Source of the DNA: Nageia nagi
Lineage: Eukaryota; Plantae; Pinophyta
Length of the DNA: 64,000 nucleotides
Assembly: GCA_050084985.1 (NCBI GenBank)
Contig: JBITNC010000001.1
Location: 63,550,001 to 63,614,000 of the forward strand
Direction: 5' to 3'
The translations under genes and the position numbers were made by a program. Shown piece by piece: positions 13,509 through 27,199 of the stretch. Position 1 is the stretch's first letter; every line of letters starts with the position of its first letter. The notes beneath the pieces were generated by a model that was not told where the DNA came from, did no database searches, and was given only the letters and a program-made list of their open reading frames with translations.

Positions 13509-14895
13509 TGTTGTAGTAAGATTTTATGAATAAAAGGCTGAACTTATCAACTCCTACCTTGGAAATGGAAAAGGCAATAAGAAATGTAAATTTGGATGGA
13601 AAGGAGGAAATTGTTGTAAGGAAATTTTATCTAAAAAGCTAGGAAAATACCATCAAATGAAATCTGTTCTATAAAACAGTAAATCTTAGTAATTGAAATT
13701 GTAAACACAAATTTGAATAAATAGGGAAAGGGTGACTGCAGTTTGACACAAACACACTCTGAATAAAATACAACATGAAGAAAAAAATGATTGATACACT
13801 AAACACAAACAACTAGCAAAAAGGTAAATTCTACCTATGAAGGAGAGGATTCAGCCTCAATTACAGATGTGGGTGGATCCATACCCTAGCCAGTCAATAG
13901 GTCTGATTCCTCGAAAAGATAACTCAGAACTGAACTGTAGAAGATATCTTTCTTTTCATTAACTGAAAGAATAGTGCATGCTTTGTTCTGAAGATATTTA
14001 GCTTATTCGAGCAATAACTTCCTCATTTTTCTATATTTCTTCTGCATAACATATATTGCAGACTACAGGGGCTACACATTTTATACTAAATGGGGAGAAT
14101 ATACAAATAGTTTCCCACTATTATTCTTCTTCTAATCTTGGCAGAATTCTAAGGATTAAGTCCATGAGGAGAATGTGAACTTGAATACATCTAAACAGCT
14201 AGGAGGTGATTCCAAGGTGCTCAAATTACTGCTGTAACTAACTCTGTCATTTTGTGCCACATGGAAGTTTAAAACTGTTGGAACTTTAGTAACGTTGACG
14301 TTCTAATGGTGATGAATTTGTGTTATTGTTGTTTCATCTTCTGACTAACTAATCTCTATGCTATTCTTGCTTCATCTAAACCATCCACAGCTGTCACCAG
14401 AGTATCTATGTTATTCTGGTAGGTTTATCACATGGAGAGCGCCAATCTGCAAGCTGTTGCAGACATGCCCTTTGTAGACTGGTTGGTCAGCTTGACGGGC
14501 GAACATGTGTTTGTCTGCGGGCCACTGTGAACACCTAGCAGACCCATTAGAATAAAGTAGGCTGGGTCCTTTCGTGCACGCTAGTAGTGAGAGCAATCAG
14601 GTTCTGCAGATCACTGCATACACCATTTTTCTTTTCCCTCCATGTACTTCTCCTAACCCTTCCAGAACAAAAATAGAAACATCCAAGAAAGGAAACTGCA
14701 GAAGAACACAAAATTCTCATTTTTATACCAGAAATGCATCAAATAACTAAATCACAAATCAGTATTTATCATTGTCATATTAAGGCTACAATACACATAT
14801 TTCATAAAAAAAGGGAAGAATGGTTAAGGATTAATCAAGTAAAAACAGTCCACAAAATGGTTAATTTGACAGCTCATCACCTGGCACCACCAACA
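13509..14895. repeat. Probable solo LTR inserted in the copia remnant
   Basis: TGTTG...CAACA bounded, non-coding, separates two copia segments. No clean TSD; left end uncertain. Confidence 0.35.
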
Positions 14896-16185
14896 TTGGT
14901 TATGTTGGCGTTTTACCCATTCAGCATTTGAATGGGTGTCTCACCAAATGAAAAGCGATAGGATCACCTTTGTTTGACTTTGGGGAAATATTTAACTATT
15001 CTTCTTTCCCCATCATTTGGCATGTGGCACCAGAATCAAAGCACCACACATCATCTTTTTGGTTGACATGGATTTGAAATCCACAATTAAGAATATTTTC
15101 TATTGATATGTGCATGCCTTTTAACAGGAAAAGAACATGGTTGAAGCACATGGTGAAAATACTTTACATGGCTACTATGCCAACTAGATACAATAAATTC
15201 TCAACAAATTTAGAGACCAACAATAATTTTAACAAACTTTCTAACTATGACCTTAATGACTATAGCATGTGGGTTTAAACTACCATGGCTACCTAACTGT
15301 CCACTTTTGACTTGGATGTTGAGTTTTTAAGTAATTTCTGATCTGATACTTACCCTTCTGAGTCCTAGATCCCTATCCTTGGTCATGCTCAAATTCGAGA
15401 GCAACAATGAAGATCAATCGCCATCCTTATATTCTGTGACACTGTTATTATGCATCATTGGTTGTTCTATCTTCCATTTGTTGTACTTTATGTGCCTCTT
15501 TTTTTATAATGATAGTATTAGGTGGTGGTTTTCCCTTAATTTCATTCTATTCAGCATTCTTTTTGGTCAAAAGAGCTCAAACCACCTTTCTTCTTGGACT
15601 TTTTTCCCCTATGTTTTGGAGCATGGCGCCTCCAAACTTATCTTCTTCATATACCTTCAACATTTGCTGCATGTGAAAAAATATGCCTCCCATTAGATTG
15701 AACTTGAGCTCTTACATGCAATTTTTAAGCTAGTAATCAGGCTCTCATATTGGTGGGGAAACTTTTCAATGTAGCAAACACTAATGACTTTTCCATGTTC
15801 ACCAACTAATTTTTAATCCCCTTCTACATATGCTCAAGCATACTATCACCCAACTTCAAACTATACAACTTTTTCTTCGTCATCAAGTTATGAGGATCAT
15901 TCTTTTTCTTGTATAAACTATGTAATTACATTCCAAGCTTCTTCAGGACTATTATTGTTACTGTTGTGTCTCCATAACATGCCCCAAAATCTCCAATTTT
16001 GGGGACCCAAATTTTTGCTAAGTCAAGATCATTGAAACTAGAGTCTCATTAATCCTGTCATGGTCACTGGAATCCCATCAAAGAATCCAGTGTTTCTCAC
16101 CTTTCTTAGTCGTAGTCATGTGAATCCAAATTCGAAGAAGATAAAATTTGACTATGTTTGGAATTAGGAGGGTCTAGGGGTCAGG

Positions 16186-17212
16186 CGTAGGTTTCAAAAA
16201 GACCAAATCATGACTTTTCAAAACATGAGCCCAAGTTTAGGAGGTGAGTCAAGATATAAGTCACAAGCACAAGTGCCCGAAAAAGTGTCTAAGTGTTAGA
16301 GTTAAGTCTTTTACCTATACGTGCATTCCAAATAATGTAAGATGAAGATGGTGCACGTTTCAAAAAACAAAACCTTGACTTTTGAAAACGTGCACTCAGG
16401 AGAGGGGCATCTAGGAAGTAGGTGCAAGCTTTCAAAATACAAGAATATGACTTTCCAAAATATGTGCCTAGCTTGAGAAACCTTCCAAGAGAGTTTGAGG
16501 AGCAAATTTAGCTAAGGCATGAATCCAGGGCGTCTGAAAGTGGTTCAAAATTGTACAAGAATACTAGTGCATGTTTCAAAAGACAAAAATATGACTTCTT
16601 AAAACATGCGCCTAGCCAAGAGAGGCTCCTGGTTCAAGCACACACTTTCAAAAGACAAATACATGACTTCCTAAAACTTGCACTAGGTTCAAGATGGTTT
16701 CCAGAGGAGTTGGGGAGGGGGACAAAATGATTAAGGCATGGCTTTGAGACTTTTAGAGGTGACATGAAAATACTCAAAAGGGTTAGCACATGAGTTAAAA
16801 AGACAAAATTGTGTCTTTCTAAAACATGCGCTCAACTTAGAAGCCCCTCAAATCCAAGCGCATTTTTTCAAAAGACAAAAATATCACTTTCTAAAACTTG
16901 TGCTAAGTTCAAGGTGGTTTCTAAAGGGGTACAGGATGCGAAAATGGCTAAGTGTTGATCCTTGAGACTTCCAAATAAACTCAAAATCACCCAAGGAGGA
17001 GATTGCATGTCTTGAAAAGACACAATTATGTCTTTTTGAAACATGTGCCCAAGGAAGAATGACATTTAGTTCAAGTGCATGATTTCAAAAGACACCATCA
17101 TGACATTTTGAAACTTGCGCTCAAGGAGAAAAGTTGTCCAAGTGAGACGCAAGGATGAAAAATACAAAAGTATGTCTTTTAAAAATGTGCGCTAAAGGTA
17201 GAGAGATGTCAA
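16186..17212. repeat. Array of about 10-11 ~46-bp palindromes with alternating short and long spacers
   Basis: Units such as gtgcacgtttcaaaaaacaaaaccttgacttttgaaaacgtgcac (16351-16395) and gtgcatgtttcaaaagacaaaaatatgacttcttaaaacatgcgc (16567-16611). Confidence 0.85.
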
Positions 17213-17451
17213 GACCAGGCACATGAATTTTAACATGCACATGAATTTTAATAGCTCAAGTTGCACATATCCCTAGGTCAACCACCACATTTAATGCACC
17301 ATTTTCTAAACCAATCTTGACCGAGTGGGATGAAATGGAGCCCTAAGTTTGCTATAAAAGGGGAATAGAAACTTCATTTTGCAAACATAAAATCTGTCTC
17401 CTCCCATAGCGTGTGCACATTCCTAGAACAAGAGCGAATAAAACCTAGGGC

Positions 17452-20400
17452 ATGAGTTCAGAGCTAGAAAAAACATTGGTGCAAGGTGTGGGAGATTGTC
17501 CATTTGTTCGAATTCGTGAGCACTCTAAGATGGACGCCTTTGAGAGTAAGTATTCTAGGGAGCTAAGGAGGTTGATGAGGGATAGCATAGTCAAGATGGA
17601 TGAAAGAACAAAAACCCTCTGGTCAGGAGCACATTTCTCCAAGTGCGGTCTCATTGACATTGAAGACACAAATTGGCAATGTGTTGATCCAATGAAGGTA
17701 TTCAAGAGGGTCTTCGAGTTGGATAAGCAGGAGTTGAGGTGTGATCTTCTGTTCTACTCAAGGTTGGTTAGTACCATTGCCATACCTTTCACCGTCCCAT
17801 ACCTAGAGTTGTCCGTGGAAGTAATCAAGAACTTATATCAAAGAGGGAAGGGTGCTTCATGATGCCATAGGACAAGTGATCACGGACTTCAACACAGAAG
17901 GGAATAAGGAAGGTTTTTCGATGGACCGAGGAAGGTGAACATGAGTACATTGAAGAAGAGTCTCTCCTCCTCTACAAGAAGACCTCTAGGTCAAGCAACT
18001 AAATCAAAGAGTGCATGTTTTCTGACTATCAAGAGCCAAGTGAAAATACTTCATCCCTATGGTTGCTAAGATCATCACCATGTTGTCTTGAGTGTTAGGC
18101 AAGGAAGATGACTCCAAGTTTCGGAAGAAGTTCTTCGGGTTCATCATCATGATAAGTAAAGGGAAGAGTATCAAGTGGAGTAAGGTGATCAATGACACAA
18201 TGGCCAGCCAATTGTCCTCCATGGATTCCACAAAAAGATTTTACATGAATTCGTATTTGGTATACTTGCTTTTGAAACTTCTCCCATTGTGAAGTCTAAG
18301 GTGTTAGATAAATCAAAGCCATCTTCAAGCAAGGATCAAATCCAATTAGGGCAATATGCATCCATGTGCCCAAAGCAAACGATAGCTAAGATCGCAAGGC
18401 GAGTTCAGTTGGAGGTGAATGACTTGAGAGAGGTAGGGGATGACTACCCTCTGGACGAGCTAGAAGATGTTGCCATGGGAAGAAAAGTTGGACCCAGTTT
18501 GGATTGAATGAGGCAGTCATTTCTCCCTAATTAGCTTGTAGAGAAGCCATGAAAAAATCAAAGATCAGAAGCCCCACCTTCGTGTTTAGTGCTTGAAGGG
18601 TCAAATCTATCCTCCAGTTCGAAATATGGACCAGATGCATCTATGGAAGGAGAGGTCAGTACACATGCTACCAACACAGTCAATGCTGATGAAGGAGCAA
18701 ATGTCGGGCACACCGAGAAGAGAGATAGGTTAGTTACGATACTCAACGAGGAGCAAAGACCTCCATCATTGAAATGACAAAACTGTCTTCATCAACATGG
18801 AGAAGAATCCAACTCCACGGTTGGTAGTCAAGATGTCACATCATGAGATTTTCTCCATTCATGAACCATCTACACATGCTTTGGAGGGAGGACTTGGCGT
18901 GGAGGGTCCAAGTGAGATTAGTGAACAAGCTGAGAAGAGGAGGCTAGACGTCCCACCAACACAAGGGGCTTCACCAAGGCAAGAAGTAGTCGTTGCTCAA
19001 GGGCAATATATAGAAGCACATCACTTGGGGGCAGATAAAGATTGAGATTTTGATGTAGGCGAATGCCTTGATGTCTTGCGAATGAAATTGGATGATGAAT
19101 TGAAGATGGTGATGAGAAGCAAAAGCAACATGCTAGCGTGACATATGTCAAGATGAAAGATAGATCCGTCCACATCAACACAATGGTCGCAAAGAAGAAT
19201 GACTTCCAAGGTGCATAAGATTTGAGGATACACACACAGGTAATAGAGACAACTCCTATTGGGATAGCAGGAAGGAAGTTCACCGTCATTACTAATACTA
19301 AGGCCAATGCAAAAGATAGATTCAAGAAGGAGAAAGAGATTGTGACGTCCGCTTTGTACTTTTAGTGGGTACAGTCTGGTCACCTTGTACTATATCTATT
19401 TGATGTAGTTGTAGTTGCATTGTTGTAACTTAGGATAGGAGTTTAATGGGTCATTTGGACCCCATTGTGAGCCCCAATTGGGACATCTCTCTTCTAAGTG
19501 GTAGATTAGGCATGTGTTGCATTGGAGATCCCGGATTGTGGGAATCCCAAGGTATGTTTATGCATTTGTGAGTTGGATGTCTACCAACATGCCAACACCA
19601 TATTGGGGAGGGTATCGCCACGTTGGCTCTTGAGGACTTCTGGACCCCCATGTTGGCACTTTAAGTGCTAAGCATACCATGTTGGCATATTATATGATTA
19701 TGACCCCCACGTTGGCACTTTAAGTGATTGGGCCTCTTAAATACCCAATATTGGATTAGATGGGTCTGGGATGACTTCTAGGTGAGTTTGGGACACAGGC
19801 AATGTATAAATAGACATTGGAGCTACAACATTGTGCAACTATTATTGATCATTACACTTATTACAGACCTTTGGGCACAAGTCTTAGCGGCGCTAAGCAT
19901 TTCATTCCTAGGTGGAGCATCTAGAGGGTAGTTAGGCAGTGGTATCCTGATTATCTACGACATAGGTGGAGCACCTTGTCCATTCGATGGCATTTCGAGG
20001 GTTTACTTCTACCTTCAATGGTTATACAAATTTCAAGGAGGACTCCTTTAGTGGAGGGGATTCGGGATCTGAGGGAGTGAATCTATCTCATGGTCCAACA
20101 ACTGTTCAGTGTTGAGGATTTCAAAGCATTGTGCCCTAGTTGGCTCCCTTGAGACCAACAACGACATTGGTATTATTGTTTATCATTCGTATAGCCAGAG
20201 GGCACTTGGATCTCATTATTGTGTTGTGTGTTTCATACTTGTGCATGTGTTGGATCTTGTTGTTTGTATGTACCTATATTCATCATTCGGTGGCACATTA
20301 ATGTAATAGGGTTTGGATTATGCATGTATGAGCTAGATGTTGGGAATTTGACATTGTATCCATTGATTTATGCTTGTATATGCTTGACATTGGCATTCTG

Positions 20401-21283
20401 CGTATCTGAATGTTGAATATGAATGCCCTAACCCTAATGTTGCATGCATGAGGGTTTGATTGTGTATTGTGGATGCCCTAGACCTAGCGTCAGGGCTTGA
20501 TGATCCTGTATTGCTAGTTAAAAGGGAAAATTGATTTTTGGATCATCACATAGATCAAGAGTTTGAAGAAAGAGTTAGCTGCCCAAAGAAAGTTAACCAA
20601 AGAAATTGAGATGGCAAATATGCAACTTGAAGACATCAAGAAGCAGATTACCTTGAACGAGGGGTTGGTGGTCACGAAAGAGGACTTGAGCAAGGAAGTT
20701 GTAGATGCAGTGAAATGATTGATATCCAATCTTTGGAGGTTAGCAAGGGCAAGGGAACGTATGGATGACATCATAGCCAAGGTGACTCGTATGTTTGAAG
20801 AGTTGGACCAAAACTATCCAAACATAGTGGACCCTCGTAGAAAATTGGCTATAGACCTGGGGATTTGCTGTTTTGTAGAGAATATTGGTATCATCATGGT
20901 TGGTTGCGCAACACGAAGATTCAATGTCAAGAGTGGACCAAGGCCATCGCATTCGCATACACGAGGGACAATGCTCACTTGCAGGTGATGAGGTTTAGTA
21001 CGATATCAAATTCCTTTATGATGATGATGTGATTAGAGAGCTTGAGGTGGCTTCTACTGAGACATAGCATATGGTGAAGGACCTGATTTGCACTAATGAT
21101 GTCAATGTCTTCCAGACAGGGAGTCACATTTGCCATGTGATGGAGATACATGCATGGAGGTCCCAGATGGAGTGCATTGTTGAGGAAATTGCAAGGTTCA
21201 TTGATGAGAAAATCCAGATTTATGAGGAGTTCAACTTGGGAGAGGAGTTGGTTGATGAATTCATGGACAACCACTTTGAGTAG
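17452..21283 (+). pseudogene. Long uncharacterised ORF of unit B (deleted and interrupted)
   Basis: DTNWQCVDP, LGKEDDSKFRKKFFGFI, KRFYMNSYLVYLLL, KELAAQRKLTKEIE, DVNVFQTGSH; homologous to C/D/E. Confidence 0.8.
19341..20550 (+). repeat. Solo LTR inserted in the unit B ORF
   Basis: TGTGA...TCACA ends; TSD gagat/tagat; host reading frame KEKEI|KSLKKEL rejoins after removal; TATA-like tataaata at ~19805. Confidence 0.82.
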
Positions 21284-21313
21284 AGTGTTGCAACTTTGAT
21301 GCAACATGCTTAG

Positions 21314-23925
21314 TGTTGGAAACCTAATCCTTAGGGATCAAGGTTCATTGTAATATTAGTAGTTATAGTTGTCATTAGCATGTGGGTGAGAGAAAAGCAT
21401 ATTTATATTTTATATTTACAAGTTTGTAAGTGGAAGAAATTCCACATGTCTTTAGGTGTCATATGAGTATAGGAATATTGACATGTGTCATAGAGTAGTT
21501 AACATCTTGAGCTTATTTAGCATCATGGTTGTTAGTTAGTTAGTTAGTTGCTAGATTTATGGAGTCAGTTAGATAACCATCTTTGTGGTTCTTTAATATT
21601 CCTTTTCAAGATTGTAATTCGAGCTTTTGGAGTTCAATACAATCTTAGATTTGCATCCCATTGCTAGGCCTTACTGTGGTATCAAAGCATTGGCTCTTTC
21701 CTCATGCAAATCTGGTGTTCTCCATAGCCCCATTTTTATCCATTGTTTTTCATCCTTCGTTTTTCTTTGTATCCCTTCATTAAAATCCTTTTTTGATCTC
21801 ACTTCTAGATACCCATTTTCATTCTCATCAGTTTCATATATTTAGTTGATTGGTTTGGAGCTAGGTAATAGTAGAAATGAGAGTTAGAAGTTTTCAATAG
21901 GGTTTCATGTGTTTGGTTGTGCGTAGACTGTGTTGGGAATCTTGTGTTGGAGGTTCCTAACTGTTTGTGCTTTGTGGAACCTATTTGTGGTGCTCCTGCA
22001 CATTTCATCTGTGGCCTTTGAGATTCCTACATCCACTTTGTTGCCTGCTCGTTGCCCTTCCTTGGCATTTCCTTCTTGCTGACTATTCGTGCCAATGGAG
22101 ATAGCCAACGTGGATGCCTTCAGCATTTCTACCGTCCATTTCACCCTCCAAAGTCTGTTGTGTATTTGACCCGCATGTTGCTCCATGTCGTGCACACCTA
22201 TTTGACTGCATGGAACCCATTCATTCATGTCCAAATCGACTTGCACAGGTGCGCTGTTGTAGTGCTTGTCATCGGGTGTAGTAGAGAAAATTTGTCGAGT
22301 GAGATGGAGGAGGTGGGGTTATTCCAAATACAAAATCATGTGTTGCATGATGTAGAGGTGGATGATAAAGAATTGTTTTTCAGCTACGTCACCAGCCTTG
22401 TATGTCCACCCAATGCCATCTCAGTGCCCTTTCTGCCCAGCCTACGCTCGTGTAAATATTGAATACCAATGATCCCCATTTTCTCCTGCCATCCTTTACC
22501 TACATAGACTCCTCCCATGGTGGTGCTTGTCCTCAGTTGACCCACCTTGCCGTGCACCAACTAGTTTATCTATTGACTGCTGAATTGGATGGTGTTTTGG
22601 TACTTTTTAAAATTTAGTTTGGAGGCATTTATTTTTGATTTTATGGGTATCTCAATTTTGAAAGGAGTTTTATTATGTAGACCTTCAATTTTTTAAGATA
22701 AAATTAAAGGAATTTTTATGGTGTTTTGAAGACCATTATTGAAGATATTTATGTGTTGTTGATAAAACATGTTTTGGAGGACATTACATTACCTTACATG
22801 ATTTCCAATTTTTTTGGAAACTTCATATTTTCATTGTAAGGCAATATTCTTGGAGGATATCATGATTTTGAAAGCTAGTTATGGTTTCTTTGGTGCCCTT
22901 TGGAGATGAAACCATATATTTGTTATTGTGATTTGTGTGGTGTCTTGTTGGAGAGGTTCCTTATCTTGTTGCAAAGGTGATGGAAATGACATTTTTGTGA
23001 TAGTCACCCTTGAAGATGAAGATGATTGCCTCCATTATTTTGAAGACTTGATATCATATTGTAGCCATTTTTGAAAATGGTTATGTTCTTCTTATTTCAC
23101 AATTTTTACTAGTTTCTTTTGTGCTTGCCTTATGATTGGCTAGTGTTCTGATAGCAATGCCAACCTAGCACCATGGAAGTGTAGCACATGTTGAGGGGGT
23201 TCTTTATTTGATGATACCAAGATGATTGAGTTTTGTTGGAGCTTGTTCATGTGTGGAGAAACTTGGTTGTTGCAGTAACTTTTCTTCATGGTTCTTGTTG
23301 TGCGGTAACTTTGATGAGCTTTAAAGTAAGTGTATGAGAAATATTGCATTGTGTGAATGTGGCAAATCACATCTTGTATGAACATGTTATATGTCGGAGA
23401 TTTAGTATGTGTTTCTTTATGTACATCTTTTTGGTAATTGTGGTGGAGAATATTATTCTTCACAACTTGTTTCTCTTCATTCATAAGAGATTTGTTTCTG
23501 ATTGGTTTGTGTTCTTTATTTGTGCATCTTCCTTGGAATGACCTATGTTGAAGAAAATTCATTTCTTCATGGTTTCTTGGAGGAGACTTGGTTGCACTTC
23601 ATTATTTTCAGATTTCATCTACTACTCTTCTTGTTTGGATGCCGATGCTCTTTTGAAGAAGACTTATGTTGCGGCATTTTCACCCCTTTGGATTAAAGGG
23701 GGGAGACATTGGGCTTATTCCTTGAGGTCGATCTTTTGAGGAGATTATCTTTTGTTGGTGAAGAATGTTCTACGCACCTTAAGGCACATCATTTTTGTTT
23801 TTCATTTCCTTCTTAATCCTTTTCAGATTAAAGTGGAGAATGTTGGAAACCTAATCCTTAGGGATCAAGGTTCATTGTAATATCATTAGTTATAGGTGTC
23901 ATTAGCATGTAGGTGAGAGAAAAAC
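21314..23925 (+). mobile_element. Non-autonomous LTR element with non-coding interior; 3' LTR truncated
   Basis: LTR start TGTTGGAAACCTAATCCTTAGGGATCAAGG at 21314 and again at 23841; tRNA-iMet PBS TGGTATCAAAGC at 21677-21688; purine tract aaagtggagaa before 23841. Confidence 0.8.
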
Positions 23926-25682
23926 TTCCCCACCTCTTGGACCTTTAACATCATCCACCTCATCTACAAATTTGGTGACCCCAAGTAACTGAGCAATGAT
24001 CGCACCATCATATTATTCACAACATGGCCAAACTCTATGCCACCATCCTAGAGGGCAACATTTCTCACATTGCAGGTGAAAAAGGTTTTATAGAAGTGGC
24101 TATGTTGGTTTCCATAGAGACTATTACAACACTAACCATATCTTCACACTCTTTGGGTGGTCATCGAGGAGGCCAAATTTTGAAAGGTTCTAGTCTTCTA
24201 GTACTTTGTGTACTTTTAATGACCATAATGACTCTCTATAAGACCATGTTAGGTTGGATTCAAACTTTGAAGGGCCTCTTTGAAAGAATTTTCAGTACCT
24301 AGGTCTCCATCCTTCTCTTTGTTAACAATTGTCTTACTCTCACATAATGCGGAGGGGCTGCAATGATTAGTGAATACCTTAGACTCCTTTAGTGATAAGT
24401 AAGAGCTAGAGGTCAACCTTGGCAAAACTAGTGTTTTGGCCTTAAATGTTTTCAGGGATACGATCAACCAATCTTAAAACACTTATCTGGATAGAGTTAT
24501 TGAGACTTTCACCTCCTACACCTACATGGGAGTGCTCTTCCCTAGACCCAAATTCCCGATGAGGTATGCAACCTTGTCTAAAGATCGCATGGGGTACACA
24601 ACAACTTCCACCCTTGAGTGATAATGTGTCTAGCTCCATTTCCATGACATTCCATCCGAACTTTAGTTATTACATACTCGTGACTCCAACAATTCTCTAT
24701 GGTATTGAAGTGTGTGGTCCTAGCCTGAGGGATGTTGATTGGTCCACAACTGAGAGGATTCTCATTAGCATGCTGTCTTGCTCCATTCGGAGTAAAAGGA
24801 CCATTCCCCACCATATCATGCTCGCAAAGTTCGATTGTTAGTCCTTATAGCTGATAGCTATTTGAAGATTGGTTCTCTTTCTACATTGTCTTCGTGATCT
24901 ATTAGTATCTAGTGACAAATGTGGTTGACTTCCTACTAGGGCCTTGGCTTCCTCTATGGATCTAACCTCACAAGGATTTTTATGGTATTGGTTCTTTGAG
25001 GTCACTGATGCACTCCAACACCTAGGCCTCTCATAGGACCTGTTACCTATTCTTAATGGCAATTCACATAGGATTAGTTGAGTCATAGCCATTGATTTAG
25101 GAGTCAATTTATAGGGCCTACATCCAAACCACTTGGTTTACACCTTGGCAACACCTCATGCCCAAGTTGTTGCACTATCAATTTGTTCTCCATATTGATA
25201 GCGAATTGATCCTTCCCAAGGTTACATTAGCTTTCACCTTCCACTTGGTTTGAGGATGGTTCCTAACGAGTTTTTGGTTTCCTTACACCAATTGCGAATT
25301 GATTTAGATAATTATCTAGCTTGAGATCTTCGGGTTTGTCAATGTTGCTCCCTAGAGACCTTGCCTCTTTCGATAATCACACTTTGATTTGTATCTTCTT
25401 CTAGTACCCAAATCACAATGTGTGGCATTCTTCTTCCATGGGGCCTTCCTTCTCCATAATTGTCAACTTTCACATACCCCCTAGTCTACAGGGACTTGCT
25501 GTATCACATCTTTTGGCCTTCCTTAGAGGAAGGAGACCGTAAGTGGCCTCGTGATGACTTGTCACACCCTACTTGACACATCAGATTGTGCTTACATGAC
25601 CTCCACACTCTCCAATATTCGAGTACTCCTTCGATCATGTCCTTCTTCAACACCATCAAGACATGCATAAGACTTTGAAGCC
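23926..25682 (+). mobile_element. Degenerate LINE (non-LTR retrotransposon) RT region; probably continues ~35480-35800
   Basis: MAKLYATILE, LLFVxxIVLLSHNAEGLQ*LVNTL...LEVNLGKT, YMGVLF and LVTPTILYGIEV resemble LINE RT and post-RT motifs. Confidence 0.65.
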
Positions 25683-27199
25683 TGTTGGGAAGGAAACCTT
25701 TCCTCTTACTCGGCGATCGTCCATACGGTCAAGATGGGAAAGCGACCCAGCATGTAGGTGAGAACGTGTTACTGAACTCCTCTTGTAAGGACTGATACCC
25801 CAAGGTTTCTATCGGAAAGCTTGTGTCGTTAGTACAAGCTTTAAATAGTGTAGGTCTTGTTTGGGAATCAACTGAGTAGTGTAGTAGAGGTAATAATTGT
25901 TAACTCACCTTTTTTGTATGGAATGAGGTGTTTTATCTTGCAATAGTTCGAAAGTTGCTATAAGTTTAAAGAAAGTGTAAAATAAAGAAATGAAAAGGGG
26001 AAGAGAATGTTTCGATATTGGTGAGATGACAAAGAAAAGGTCATAGTGAAGCAGTGTCTAAGGTTTCTCACTTCTGGATCATTCACGAAATCTCATTCAA
26101 AGTCCTCCAACTTAAAAATAGAATAACCTAAGTTCAATCTATTCTTAAGAGGAGTGGGGAGGATAATTGATTGTTGGTACGTTGCAAGCAGGATCGATGC
26201 AATCAAAAGAAAGACACGACACAAGTGCGCACAAACTTCATTTCAAATGAGGAAATCTAATTTGATGTCATAGAGAGAAGAAAAGCATAGAATACGTTCA
26301 CTTACTATGCAAATTATGGATAGGCAACGATTTGGGAGTGATTCAAGAACTTTTACAAATTTTCAGAAATTTTTCCTAAAATTCAAAAATTTTCAAGGAA
26401 AAGTGTGAAAGATCCTTAATCATCTCAAAAAGCCCCAAAATGGTCAAATCCACAGTCTTACAAATAACAAAACTCTTTGTTTAAGTATTCCACCACTTTG
26501 TATTAAATTCTTGTGAAAATTACAAAGATACATCAATTTGCCAATTTTCCACAAATTTGCACTAAAAACATTCTGCCTCAAAAGTGACCCCCTATGGTCT
26601 ATTTATAGACTTTTTAGGTCAAATTTGAGGGTGTTGCCCTAATTTTTAAAAAAGCTTTAAAGTGCTAATTTGAATGCTAAATTGGATTACAATATTGTTT
26701 TATTGGGAGAACAGTCTCATCCCACTCGAATATGCTAAAAATAAAATATTTACAAAAATTGATGCCCTCTGGCATGCATTTTGAAGCTTTTTGCATCAAT
26801 TTGGCAAAAATTGGAGCTTCAAATCCTCATTCTGGATCCTTCTGACAATCTTTTGAGCTTCTTCCTTCTTGAATCTGGATTTGCCCGTGATGTGATCATT
26901 GTGGCAAATTTTCAAGGGATTCTGAGAGGAGTTTTCAAAAAAGTGGAATTTTTGGTCTATTTTTCAAAAAAATGGAATTTTTGGTCTATTTTTCGAAAAA
27001 GATGGGGTGGTTCCAAAATTTGGAAAAATTTTAAAAAGTGGATTTGAGCTCATGGATGGATGGAGGATGGGATTATATGATACTTGGCAAGTTTTTAGAG
27101 GTTTTGAAGCTTTTTAAGAGGTTTTGTGAAGGATTTGGGATTTTGGCAAATTTTTCCATTTTCATGTCTATGGATTTCATTTGGTAGAAAAAAGTGAAA

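Larger units (their letters stand above)
5800..15961 (-). mobile_element. Highly decayed Ty1/copia internal region, interrupted by unit A and a probable solo LTR
   Basis: Minus strand: gag-like NLMTKKKLYSLKL (~15850-15890), protease VWCFDSGATCQM (~15013-15048), integrase TPQQNG (~6424-6441), RT start KWAFK (~5880-5896). Copia order PR-INT-RT. Outer boundaries approximate. Confidence 0.7.
15962..21313 (+). mobile_element. Unit B: ORF-bearing TG...CA family member, 3'-truncated
   Basis: Starts TGTTGTGTCTCCATAACA-TG-CCCCAAAAT like unit E. Palindrome array, TATA at 17353-17360, ORF remnants; cut off by the LTR at 21314. Confidence 0.8.

Noticed and set aside
16186-17212. CRISPR array (palindromic repeats plus spacers)
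   Set aside because: Eukaryotic TE context, no cas genes, degenerate repeats, spacer lengths vary several-fold, and spacers are homologous between copies C and E.
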